A program made the translations under genes and the position numbers. Shown here one piece after another: positions 48,987 to 61,726 of a stretch of DNA of 64,000 bases (its first letter is position 1; each line of letters opens with the position of its first letter). The notes under the pieces were generated by a model that saw only the letters and a list, made by a program, of their open reading frames with translations, did not search any database and was not told where the DNA came from. The DNA is from Basidiobolus meristosporus CBS 931.73 (lineage: Eukaryota; Fungi; Basidiobolomycota), in the NCBI GenBank assembly GCA_002104905.1, contig MCFE01000028.1:62001-126000 (forward strand), read 5' to 3'.

Positions 48987-51900
48987 TTACAACAGGTTAT
49001 GAGCACCAAGCTGTCACTCTCTGCAATGTCTACTACTGCTATTACTGGAATTTTTCCCTCTGCTGAAAAGTTGGATGGATCTAACTACCCAGTGTGGAAG
49101 GTGAAGATGAAGATGCTGCTACAAGAAAGAGGCCTTTGGGATATTGTCATGGGAGAAGAATGCCCTCCTAAAAACGTGGGAGAGAAAGCCTTAAAGTACC
49201 AGAAGAAAGAACAAAGTGCCATTAACTGCATTTGCCTTAATGTCAAGGACAAATTGCTAATTCAATGCACAAGAGCAAAAACGGCAAAGAATGCCTAAAA
49301 AGCATTAGAAGACACCTACCAGTCATGTTCAGCTGCCAAGAAAATGTATCTGAGATGAAAATTCTTTACCACAAAGATGCTGCCAGGAGAAGAAATGAAA
49401 AATCTAATCAACAGAATTACCCTGCTGGTAGATGAGATGGAATCTGCGGGCGTACCAACTACTGATGAGGATGTGATAGTTACCGTCCTGAATAGCCTGA
49501 CAGATGAGTTTCAGGGCCTTGTATCAGCCCTAGAGTCCAGAACTGAAGATTTGACCTTAAATTACGTATATGGAAGGCTCCTGGATGAAGAATTAAGAAA
49601 ATCAAGCGCCAATAAGAAGGAAGAAGAAAATGCTTTAATAAGCAATGATAACCAACAAAGGAGGTACCCAAGACCCTACAAAGGCAACAGCAACCTGTTT
49701 TGTAACTACTGCAAAAGGAAAGGACACACATCAGACCGGTGTCTCAAAAAGAGAGATTATCAGCAAAAGAATCCTGAATATGGAAATGCTGCAACAACTG
49801 AAGATAGACTATTCATATCTGCACTAAATATGACCACAAACAAGGATTCTCAGACGTGGTATATTGACTCTGGAGCTTCTCAACACTTTACACACCAAAA
49901 AGAACTTTTTACCCAATATCAAGAAATTCCAATTAAGAAGGTTTTCATGGGTGATGATAGAACACTTGATGCAGTGGGAGAAGGAACTATCCAAGTAAGC
50001 CTTAGAAGCAGTGAAGGAAGCCATACACTGACCTTTAAAGAAGTACTCTACATACTAGAAATAGCCAAGAACCTACTCTCTGTAAGCAAGGCCACAGCAG
50101 AAGGACTCAGTTTCAGTTTTGACAACTCTGGATGCAGGATCACTGATCAAAATGGTGCCCATATTGCTTTGGGCATCAGAGATCAGAATCTATACAAGTT
50201 GACTTATATTCCATCATATCTGGAAGCCAATATAAGTAACTTAAATGAAGAAACACCAATGCTTTGGCACAGGAGATTTGGGCACATCAATTTTGATTAT
50301 TTGCGCAAAATGATCAAAGATCAGCTAATTTCTGGAGTAAAAATTGATCCCCCAGCTAATTTGGAGCACTGTGAAGCCTGCATATATGGGAAACAAGCCA
50401 GACAACCATTCAAGAGCTCTGGGTTAATCAAAACTAGGAAAAAATTAGATCTAATTCACTCAGATCTGAGTGGACCTATGCAAAATTTATCCTTAGGTGG
50501 GATGAAGTATTTAATCACTTTTATTGATGATTATACAAGATACACATGGGCCTAATTGATGGAGAGAAAGGAAGAAGCTCTGTCTAAGTTCAGGGAGTTT
50601 AAAGCCATGGTGGAGAGAGAAACTGGTGAAAAAATCAAGAAAATACACTCTGACAATGGTGGAGAATATACCTCAAAACTCTTCATCCACTTCTGCAAAA
50701 TTCATGGGATAAAGCAAGAGACTACTGTACCATACTCCCCACAGCAAAATGGAGTAGCAGAACAAGCTAACAGATCAATAATTGATATGGCAAGATCTAT
50801 GATCCATGATCAAAAATTATCCTTTGATTTTTGGGCAAAATCAGTTGCCACTGCTATATACCTTAAAAATAGGAGTTATAACAGAATACTTCGTGATTCT
50901 ACTCCATTTGAAGCATGGTATGGATATAGACCAAGTGCAGAACATCTAAGAATATTTGGGTGTACAGCATATGCCAAAAAACTGGCCGGAATTCAGTCAA
51001 AATTTGAGCCAAAAAGTGTAAAATGCATATTTTTGGGCTACTGCAATGAGAGTAAGGCATACAGACTCTGCAATACCAAAGCAAAGAAGCTCATCAAGTC
51101 CAGGGATGTGTTGTTTGATGAAAATTCAAAATTTTCACAAAAAATGACATCAGATGATGACGAAAGTTTGATCTCAAGTCCACCAATTGTCAGGATTGAA
51201 TAAGAGCAAAACAATGAAATATTTTTCACTCCAGAGGACTCTACAGCCGTGGTTCAGCCAGAATCAGTGCCCAGGAATATCCCAGAAGTGATCATTCCAG
51301 TATCAAATGCCCGGAGATCCAATCGGACAAGAAATAGCCCAAATTACTATATCAATGAGGGTACAAACTTAGCCTATGCCTATTCAGTCCATATTGATGA
51401 ACCCCAGACTGTAAAAGAGGCCCTAAGTAGCCCTCAGACAAAGTTTTGGAGATCTGCAATGACTGAGGAATATCAGGCCCTGAAGGAAAATCAAACTTGG
51501 GACTTAGTCAAATTACCAATCAACCAAAAATCAATTGGATGCAGATGGGTCTTCAAGACAAAATACAAGGCTGATAGTACAATTGAAAGATACAAAGCAA
51601 GACCTGTAGCCAAAGGATACTCTCAAACAAAAGGACTTGACTATACTGAGACCTTTGCACCGGTAGCCAAGTTTAACTCCATCAGATTAATATTGGCTAT
51701 TGCAGCCAAATATAAGTTTTTTATTCATCAAATGGATGTAAAAACTGCATTTTTGAATGGAGAACTTGATGAGGACGTATATATAGACCAGCCTAATGGT
51801 TTTGTTGACCAAGATAACCCCCATTTGGTCTGCAAGCTTAAAAAGTCACTATATGGTCTCAAACAATCACCAAGAGCCTGGAATTGCAAGATAGATTCTT

Positions 51901-53330
51901 ATTTGGAATCTTTGAGTTTCAAAAGAAGTAATGCTGACTATAGTATATACTATAAGCCAGATTGAGCAAATCCAGTTCTATTAGCTCTATATGTGGATGA
52001 TCTTATTATAGCTGCCAATAACCTAGAAACATTGGAAGAGACTAAATCCAGCCTATCTAAGGAGTTCAAGATGTCTGATTTAGGAGAACTTAGTTACTAC
52101 TTAGGGATTAATTTCTCCATAGACAGAGGCACCCAGACTATTACCCTAAGCCAATCCAAGTATATTCAAGATATACTAAAGAAGTATCAAATGGAAGACT
52201 GTAAACCGGCAGCTACCCCAATGGAGACAAACCTTAACTTGGTCAAAACTCAACCAAATCAAGAGAGCTTGGTGCCATCTGAAAGCCCTGACTTTCCTTA
52301 TCAATCTATGGTTGGCAGTCTGATGTATATCATGCTTGGAACATGTCCAGATATCTCATATTCAGTGGGAGTTGTCAGCCAACATAATCAGAACTATGGA
52401 TCTGATCATATTGCAGCAGTTAAGCGGATTTTTAGATACCAAAAAAGAACTGCTGATATCTGCTTAAGATACACTTATAAGAAGTCAGAGCAGGATCTTG
52501 TGGGATACTCTGATGCTGATTGGGGACAAAATTTGGAAGACAGATGATCCACCACAGGATACACCTTTCTTTACTGTAAAGGAGCAATTTCATGGAATTC
52601 AAGAAGCAACCAACCGTAGCACTTTCTACTACAGAGGCAGAGTATTAGGCAGCCTGTGAAGCTACAAGCAAAGCAAAGTGGCTTAGAAAGCTTTTTACAG
52701 ATTTAGGCCTATGTCAAAAAACGCCTATTACTTTATTTTAAGATAATCAAGGATGTATACAATTAGGTAAAAATCCAACTTTTCATGCTAGAACCAAGCA
52801 CATAGATATTGGATATCATTTCATACATGAAGCTATAGAGAATAACTTGGTTAGCTTAGTTTACTGTCCTACAGATGAAATGATTGCAGACATATTTACC
52901 AAACCATTAGCTAGAGACAAGTTTCAATATCTTAGGTCAAAATTAGGACTAGTCAGTATGAACATTTAGCTGAGTGGGAGTGTTGTAAAAATTTGTAATT
53001 CCACCTAAATATTCACCTAACTTAGTCACTTAGATCAGTACCCTTCAAATCCTAGAAAATACTGACCAAATTCCTTGTTGGGATTTACTTAGAATATTTT
53101 CACCAAAATGCCAGGTACCCAGAACATGAAAATTCTCAAAGTTGTCCAAACAGCCCCAAACTTTGCACACATGTTCTTGGGACCTTCCTTAACCTATTTT
53201 ATGTGCTTGTAATGCAAGGACCAGGTAAAAGTATAAATACTACTTTTACATTCAATAAATCGTTGAGTGAAAACCACATAATCTACTTGTTCTCCCAATC
53301 ACTTCCAATATCTCCAAGACTCTTACAACA
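48987..53330 (+). mobile_element. Younger copia copy nested in the gag of the older one (8-bp remnant of 5' LTR, PBS 48995-49004, gag-pol with several stops, 3' LTR 52981-53330)
   Basis: TTACAACA GGTTATGAGC; gag-pol fragments 48969-52547; PPT CTGAGTGGGAG; ATAGT target sequence at 53331 and 48706. Confidence 0.92.
52981..53330 (+). repeat. Copia 3' LTR (350 bp) with TATA box 53232-53239 and AATAAA 53254-53259
   Basis: TGTTGTAAAA...TCTTACAACA, directly after the PPT. Confidence 0.95.
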
Positions 53331-56300
53331 ATAGTTACCATCCTGAATAGCCTGACAGACAAGCTTCAGGGCCTTATATCAGCCCTAGAGTCCAGAACTG
53401 AAGATTTGACCTTAAATTACATATATGGAAGGCTCCTGGATGAAGAATTAAGAAAATCAAGCGCCAATAAGAAGGAAGAAGAAAATGCTTTAATAAGCAA
53501 TGACAATCAATAAAGGAGGTACCCAAGACCCTGCAAAGGCAACAGCAACCTGTTTTGTAACTACTGCAAAAGTAAAGGACATATACCAGACCGGTGTCTC
53601 AAAAAGAGAGATAATCAGCAAAAGAAGCCTGTATATGGAAATGCTGCAACAACTGAAGATAGACTATTCATATCTGCACTAAATATGACCACAAACAAGG
53701 ACTCTCAGACGTGGTATATTGACTCTGGAGCATCTCAACACTTTACATACCAAAAAGAACTTTTTACCCAATATCAAGAAATTCCTATTAAGTAGGTTTT
53801 CATGGGTCACAATAGAGCACTTGATGCAGTGGGAGAAGAAACTATCCAAGTAAGCCTTAGAAGCAGTGAAGAAAGCCATACAGTGACTTTTAAAGAAGTA
53901 CTCTATGTACCAGAAATAGCCAAGAACCTACTATCTATAAGCAAGGCCACAGCAGAAGGACTCAGTTTCAGCTTTGACAATTCTGGAAGCTGGATCACTG
54001 ATCAAAATGTTGCCAAAATTTTTTTGGGTATCAGAGGTCAGAATCTATACAAGCTGACTTATACTCCATCATATCTGAAGGCTAATATAAGTAACTTAAA
54101 TGAAGAAACACCAATGCTTTGGCACAGGAGATTTGGGCACATCAATGTTGATTATTTGCACAAAATGATCAAAGATCAGCTACTCTCTGGAGTGAAAATT
54201 GATCCCCCAGCTAATTTGGAGCACTGTGAAGCCTGCATATATGGGAAACAAGCCAGACAACCATTCAAGAGCTCTGGGATAATCAAAACTAAGAAAAAAT
54301 TAGATCTAATTCACTCAGATCTGTGTGGACCTTTGCAAAATTTATCCTTAGGCAGGATGAAGTATTTAATGACTTTTATTGATGATTATACAAGATACAC
54401 ATGAGTCTACTTCATGGAGAGAAAGGAAGAAGCTCTGTCTAAGTTCAGGGAGTTTAAAGCTATGGTGGAGAGAGAAACTGGTGAAAAATCAAGAAAATAC
54501 ACTCTGACAATGGTGGAGAATATACCTCAAAACTCTTCATCTACTTCTGCAAAATTCATGGGATAAAGCAAGAGACTACTGTACCATACTCCCCACAGCA
54601 AAATGGAGTAGCAGAACAAGCTAACAGATCAATAATTGATATGGCAAGATCTATGATCCATGATCAAAAATTATCCTATGATTTTTGGGTGGAATCAGTT
54701 GCCACTGCTATATACCTTAAAAATAGGAGTTATAGCAGAATATTTCTTGATTCTACTCCATTTGAAGCATGGTATGGATACAGACCAAGTGCAGAACATC
54801 TAAGAATACTTGGGTGCACAGCATATGCCAGGAAACTGGCCAGAAATTAGTCAAAATTTGAGCCAAAAAGTGTAAAATGCATATTTTTGGGCTACAGCAA
54901 TGAGGGTAAAGCATACAGACTCCACAATACCACAGCAAAGAAGCTAATCAAGTCCAGAGATGTGTTGTTTGATGAAAATTCAAAATTTTCACAAAAAATG
55001 ACATCAGATGATGACAAAAATTTGATCTCAAGTCCACCAATTGTCAAGATTGAATCACAGCAAAACAATGAAATATTTTTCACTCCAGAGGACTCTACAA
55101 CCATGATTCAGCCAGAATCAGTGCCCAGGAATATCCCAGAAGAGATCATTCCAGTATCAAATGCCCGGAGATCCAATCGGACAAGAAATAGCCCAAATTA
55201 CTATATCAATGAGGGAACAAACTTAGCCTATGCCTATTCAGTCAATATTGATGAACCCCAGTCTGTAAAAGAGGCCCTAAATAGCCCTCAGACAAAGTTT
55301 TGGAGATCTGAAATGAATGAGGAATATCAGGCACTGATGGAAAATCAAACTTGGGACTTAGTCAAATTACCAATCCACTAAAAATCAATTGGATGCAGAT
55401 GGGTCTTCAAGACAAAATACAATGCTGATTGTGCAATCAAAAGATAAAAATCAAGACTGGTGGCCAAAGAATATTCTCAAACAAAAGGACTTGACTATAC
55501 TGAGACCTTTGCACTGGTAGCCAAGTTTAATTCCATCAGATTAATATTGACTATTACAGCCAAATATAAGTTTTTTATTCATCAAACTGATGTAAAAATG
55601 CATTTTTGAATGGAGAACTTGATGAGGACAGGTATATGAACCAGCCTGATAGGTTTGTTGACCAAGATAACCCCCATTTGGTCTGCAAGCTTAAAAAGTC
55701 ACTATATGGTCTCAAACAATCATCAAGAGCCTGTCACCAAGTGCCTGGAATTGCAAGATAGATTCTTATTTGGAATCTTTGAGTTTCATAAGGAGTAATT
55801 CTGCCTATAGTATATACTATAAGCCAGATAGAGCAAATTCAGTTCTATTAGCTCTATATGTGGATGATCTTATTGTAGCTGCCAATAACCTAGAAACATT
55901 GGAAGAAACTAAATCCAGCCTAACTAAGGAGCTCAAGATGTCCAATCAAGGAGAACTTAGTTACTACTTGGGGATTAGGTTCTCCATAGACAGAAGTACC
56001 CAGACTATTACCCTAAGCCAATCCAAGTATTTTCAAGATATACTAAAGAAGTACAAAATGGTAGTCTGTAAACCAGCAGCCACCATAATGGAGACAAACT
56101 TTAACTTGGTCCAAACCCAACCAAATTAAGAGAGCTTGGTGCCATCTGAAAGCCCTGACTTCCTTATCAATCTATGAATGGCAGTCTGATGTATATCATG
56201 CTTGGAACATGTCCAGATATCTCATATTCAGTGGGAGTTGTCAGCCAATATAATCAGAACTATGGATCTGATCATATTGCAGCAGTTAAGCGGATTTCCT

Positions 56301-57165
56301 GATCCCTAAAAGGAACTGCTGATATCTGTTTAAGATACACTTATAAGGATTCAGAGCAGGATCTTGTGGGATAGTCTGATGCTGATTGGGAACAAAATTT
56401 AGAAGACAGAAGATCCACCACAGGATACACCCTTTCTTTACTGTCAAGGAGCAATATCATGGAATTCAAGAAAGCAACCAACCGTAGCACTTTCTACCAC
56501 AGAGGCAGAGTATATGGCAGCCTGTGAAGCTACAAAAGAAGCAAAGTGGCTTAGAAAGCTTTTTACAGATTTAGGCCTATGTCAAAAAATGCCTATTACT
56601 TTATTTCAAGATAATCAAGGATGTATACAATTAGGTAAAAATCCAACTTTTCATGCTAGAACCAAGCACATAGATATTAGACATCATTTCATATGTGAAG
56701 CTATAGAGAATAACTTAGTTAGCTTAGTTTACTGTCCTACAGATAAAATGATTGCAGACATGTTTACCAAACCATTTGCTAGAGACAAGTTTCAATATCT
56801 TAGGCCAAAATTAGGACCAGTCAGTATGAGCATTTAGCTGAGTGGGAGTGTTGTAAAAATTTGTAATTCCACCTAAATATTAACCTAACTTAGTCACTTA
56901 GATCATTACCCTCAAATCCTAGAGAATACTGACCAAATTCCTTGTCAGGATTTACTTGGAATATTTTCACCAAAATACCAGGTACCCAGAACATGATAAT
57001 TCTCAAAGTTGTCCAAACAGCCCCAAACTTTGCACACATGTTCTTGGAACCTTCCTTAACCTATTTTACATGTTTGTAATGCCTAGACCAGGTAAAAGCA
57101 TAAATACTACTTTTACATTCAAAAATCATTAAGTGAAAACCACATAATCTACTTGTCCTCCCAAT

Positions 57166-60100
57166 TGTTATAACAAACACGTAGAATAGATTACAAAAGT
57201 TCACAAGAGCATGTGTGCAAAGTTTGGGGCTGTTTGGACAACTTTGAAAACTTTCATGTTCTTGGTACCTGGTATTTTGGTGAAAATATTCCAAGTAAAT
57301 CCCGACAAGGAATTTGGTCAGTATTCTCTAGGATATGAAGGTTGTGATCTAAGTGACTAAGCTAGGTGAATATTTAGGTGGAAATACAAACTTTTACAAC
57401 ACTTCTACTCAGCTAAATGCTCATACTGACTAGTCCTAATTTTGACCTAAGATATTCAAACTTGTCTCTAGCTAATGGTTTGGTAAATTTGTCTGCAATC
57501 ATTTCATTTGTAGGACAGTAAACTAAGCTAACCAAGTTATTCTCTATAGCTTCATGTATGAAATGAAGTCTAATATCTGTGTGCTTAGTTCTGCATGAAA
57601 AGTTGGATTTCTACCTAATTGTATACATCCTTGATTATCTTGAAATAAAGTAATAGGCATTTTTTGACATAGGCCTAAATCTGTAAAAAGCTTTCTAAGC
57701 CACTTTGATTCTTTTGTAGCTTCACAGGCTGCCATATACTCTGCCTCTGTGGTAGAAAGTGCTACGGTTGGTTGCTTTCTTGAATTCCATGAAATTGCTC
57801 CTTGACAGTAAAGAAAGGTGTATCCTGTGGTGGATCATCTGTCTTCCAAATTTTGTCCCCAATCAGCATCAGACTATCCCACAAGATCCTGTTCTGAATC
57901 CTTATAAGTGTATCTTAAACAGATATCAGCAGTTCCTTTTAGGGATCAGGAAATCTGCTTAACTGCTGCAATATGATCAGATCCATAGTTCTGATTATGT
58001 TGGCTGACAACTCCCACTGAATATGAGATATCTGGACATGTTCCAAGCATGATATACATCAGACTGCCATTCATAGATTGATAAGGAAGTCAGGGCTTTC
58101 AGATGGCACCAAGCTCTCTTAATTTGGTTGGGTTTGGACCAAGTTAAGGTTTGTCTCCATTGGGGTGGCTGCTGGTTTACAGACTTCCATTTTGTACTTC
58201 TTTAGTATATCTTGAAAATACTTGGATTGGCTTAGGGTAATAGTCTGGGTACTTCTGTCTATGGAGAACTTAATCCCTAAGTAGTAACTAAGTTCTCCTA
58301 GATTGGACATCTTGAACTCCTTAGATAGGCTGGATTTAGTTTCTTCCAATGTTTCTAGGTTATTGACAGCTAGAATAAGATCATCCACATATAGAGCTAA
58401 TAGAACTGAATTTGCTCTATCTGGCTTATAGTATATACTATAGTCAGAATTACTCCTTGTAAAACTCAAAGATTCCAAATAAGAATCTATCTTGCAATTC
58501 CAGGCTCTTGGTGATTGTTTCAGACCATATAGAGACTTTTTAAGCTTGCAGTCCAAATGGGAGCTATCTTGGTCAACAAACCCATCAGGCTGGTCCATGT
58601 AAACATCCGCATCAAGTTCTCCATTCAAAAGTGCAGTTTTTACATCCATTTCATGTGTAAAAACTTATATTTGGCTGCAATAGCCAATATTAATATGATG
58701 GAATTAAACTTGGCTACCAGTGCAAAGGTCTCAGTATAGTCAAGTCCTTTTGTTTGAGAGCATCCTTTGGCCACAAGTCTTGCTTTGTATCTTTTGATTG
58801 CACCATCAGCCTTGTATTTTGTCTTGAAGACCCATCTGCATCCAATTGATTTTTGGTGGATTGGTAATTTGACTAAGTCCCAAGTTTGATTTTCCATCAG
58901 TGCATGATATTCCTCAGTCATTGCAGATCTCCAAAACTTTGTCTGAGGGCTATTTAGGGCCTCTTTTACAGTCTGGGGTTCAGCAATATTGACTGAATAG
59001 GCATAGGCTAAGTTTGTTCCCTCATTGATATAGTAATTTGGGCTATTTCTTGTCTGATTGAATCTCCAGGCATTTGATACTGCAATGATCACTTCTAGGA
59101 TATTCCTGGGCACTGATTCTTTCTGAACCACGGTTGTAGAGTCCTCTGGAGTGAAAATTCTCATTGTTTTGCTCTGATTCAATCCTGGCAATTTGGTGGA
59201 TTTGAGATCAGATTTTGTCATCATCTAATGTCATCTTTTGTGAAAATTTTGAATTTTTATCAAAAAACACATCCCTGAGCTGAATTAGCATCTTTGCTTT
59301 GGTATTTTGGAGTCTGTATGCTTTTCTCTCATTGCAGTAGCCCAAAAATATGCATTTTACACTTTTGGCTCATATTTTGACTGATTTCCAGGTAGTTTCT
59401 TGGCATATGCTGTACACCCAAATATTCTTAGATGTTCTGCACTTGGTCTGTATGCATACCATGATTCAAATGGAGTGTAATCATGAGGAATTCTGTTATA
59501 ACTCCTATTTTTCAGATATATAGCAGTGGCAACTGATTCAACCCAAAAAACATAGGATAATTTTTGATCATGGATCATGGATCTTGCAATATCAGTTATT
59601 GATCTGTTAGCACATTCTGCTACTCCATTTTGCCGCAGGGAGTATGGTACAGTAGTCTCTTGCTCTATCCCATGAATTTTGCAGAAGTGGATGAAGAGTT
59701 TTGAGGTATATTCTCCACCATTGTCAGAGCGTGTTTTCTTGATTTTTCACCAGTTTCTCTCTCCACCATGGCTTTAAACTCCCTGAGCTTAGAAAAAGCT
59801 TCCTCCTTTCTCTCCATGAAGTAAACCAATGTGTATTGTGTATAATCATCAATGAATGTGATCAAATACTTCATCCCACTTAAGGATAAATTTTGCATAG
59901 GTCCACACAGATCTGAGTGAATTAGATCTAATTTTTTCTTAGTTTTGATTAGCCCCGAGCTCTTGAACAGTTGTGTGGCTTGTTTCCCATATATGCAGGC
60001 TTCACAGTGCTCCAAATTTGCTGGGGGATCAATTTTTACTACAGAAATTAGCTGATCTTTGATTATTTTGTGCAAATAATCAAAATTGATGTGCCCAAAT

Positions 60101-61726
60101 CTCCTGTGCCAAAGCATTGGTGTATTCTCATTTAAGTTACTTATATTGGCTTCCAAATATGATGGAATATAAGTCTACTTGTATAGATTCTGATCTCTGA
60201 TACCCAAAGCAATATAGGCACCATTTTGATCAGTGATTGTACATTCATAATTGTCAATGCTGAAGCTGAGTCCTTCTGCAGTGGCCTTGCTTACATATAG
60301 TAGGTTCTTGGCTATTTCTGGTACATAGAGTACTTCTTTGAAAGTCAGTTTATGGCTTCCTTCACTGCTTATTGGGCTTACTTGGATAGTTTCTTCTCAC
60401 AATGCATCAAGTGTTCCATTGTCACTCATGAAAACTTTGTTAATTGGAATTTCTTGACATTGGGTAAAAAGTTTTTTTTGGTGTGTAAAGTGTTGAGATG
60501 CTCCAGAGTCAGTATACCACATCTGAGAATCCTTGTTTATGGTCATATTCAGTGCAGATATGAGTAGTTTATCTTCAGTTGTTGCAGCATTTCCATATTC
60601 AGGTTTCTTTTGCTGATCTTCTCCCTTATTGAGACAGTGGTCTGATGTGTTTACTTTCCATTTGCAGTAGTTACAAAACAGGTTGCTGTTGCCTTTGTGG
60701 GCTTTTGGGTACCTCCTTTGTTGGTTATCATTGTTTATTAAAGCATTTTCTTCTTCCTTCTTACTTGCGCTTGATTCTCTTAATTCTTCATCCAGCAGCC
60801 TTCCATATATGTAATTTAAGGTCAAATCTTCAGTTCTGGACTCTAGGGCTGATACAAGGCCCTGAAACATGTCTGTCAGGCTATTCAGGATGGTAACTAT
60901 CACATCCTCATTAGTAGTTGGTACGCCCACAGATTCCATCTCAACTACTAGCAGGGTAATTCTGCTAATTAAACTTTTCATTTCTTCTCCTGGCAGCATC
61001 TTTGTAGTAAAAATCCTTCCTCTCCGATACATTTTCTTAGCAGCTGAACATGACTGTAGGTGTCATCTAATGCCTTCCAGGCATTCTTTGCCATTTTTGC
61101 TCTTGTGCATTGAATTAGCAATTTGTCCTTAACATTAGGGCAAATGCAGTTAAAGGCACTTTATTCTTTCTTCTTGTACTTTAAGGCTTCCTCTCCCACA
61201 TTTTTAGGAGGGCATTCATCTCCCATGACAATATCCCAAAGGCCTCTTTCTTGTAGCAGCATCTTCATCCTCACCTTCCACACTCGGTAGTTAGATCCAT
61301 CCAACTTTTCAGCAGAGGGAAAAATTCCAGTAATAGCAGTAATAGACATTGCAGAGAGTGACAGCTTGGGGCTCATAACCTTTTGTAAGAGTCTTGGAGA
61401 TATTAGAAGTGAATAGGAGAACAAGTAGACTATGTGGTTTTCACTTAATGATTTATTGAATATAAAAGTAATATATATACTTTTACATGGTCTTGGCATA
61501 ATAAACACGTAAAATAGGTTAAGGAAGGTCCCAAGAGCATGTGGGCAAAGTTTGGGGCTGCTTGGACAAATTTGAGAATTTCATGTTCCAGGTACCTGGT
61601 ATTTTGGTGAAAATATTCTAAGTAAATCCTGACAAGGAATTTGGTCAGTATTCTCTAGGAATTAAGGGTGATGATCTAAGTGACTAAGCTAGGTGAATAT
61701 TTAGGTGGAAATACAAATTTTTACAA
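57166..61726 (-). mobile_element. Degenerate full-length copia copy (deleted 3' LTR 57166-57401, internal 57402-61380, 5' LTR 61381-61726), inserted into the LTR of the preceding element
   Basis: Gag to RNaseH fragments (ORFs 61161-61508 through 58119-58649 and beyond); PPT at 57402; intact PBS. Confidence 0.92.
61369..61380 (-). promoter_or_regulatory. Half-tRNA primer-binding site GGTTATGAGCCC (complementary to the tRNA-iMet anticodon arm GGGCUCAUAACC)
   Basis: The plus strand reads GGGCTCATAACC next to the LTR end; variants at 48995 (GGTTATGAGCAC) and 48225 (GGCTACAAGCCC). Confidence 0.85.

Larger units (their letters stand above)
47876..57165 (+). mobile_element. Older copia element (5' LTR 47876-48224, gag 48225-48986, remainder 53331-56848, 3' LTR 56849-57165) split by a younger nested copy
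   Basis: Both LTRs share diagnostic variants (TACTTGGAATATT, CTTGTCCTCCC); both gag pieces share variants including CAA->TAA; many stops and frameshifts. Confidence 0.85.
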
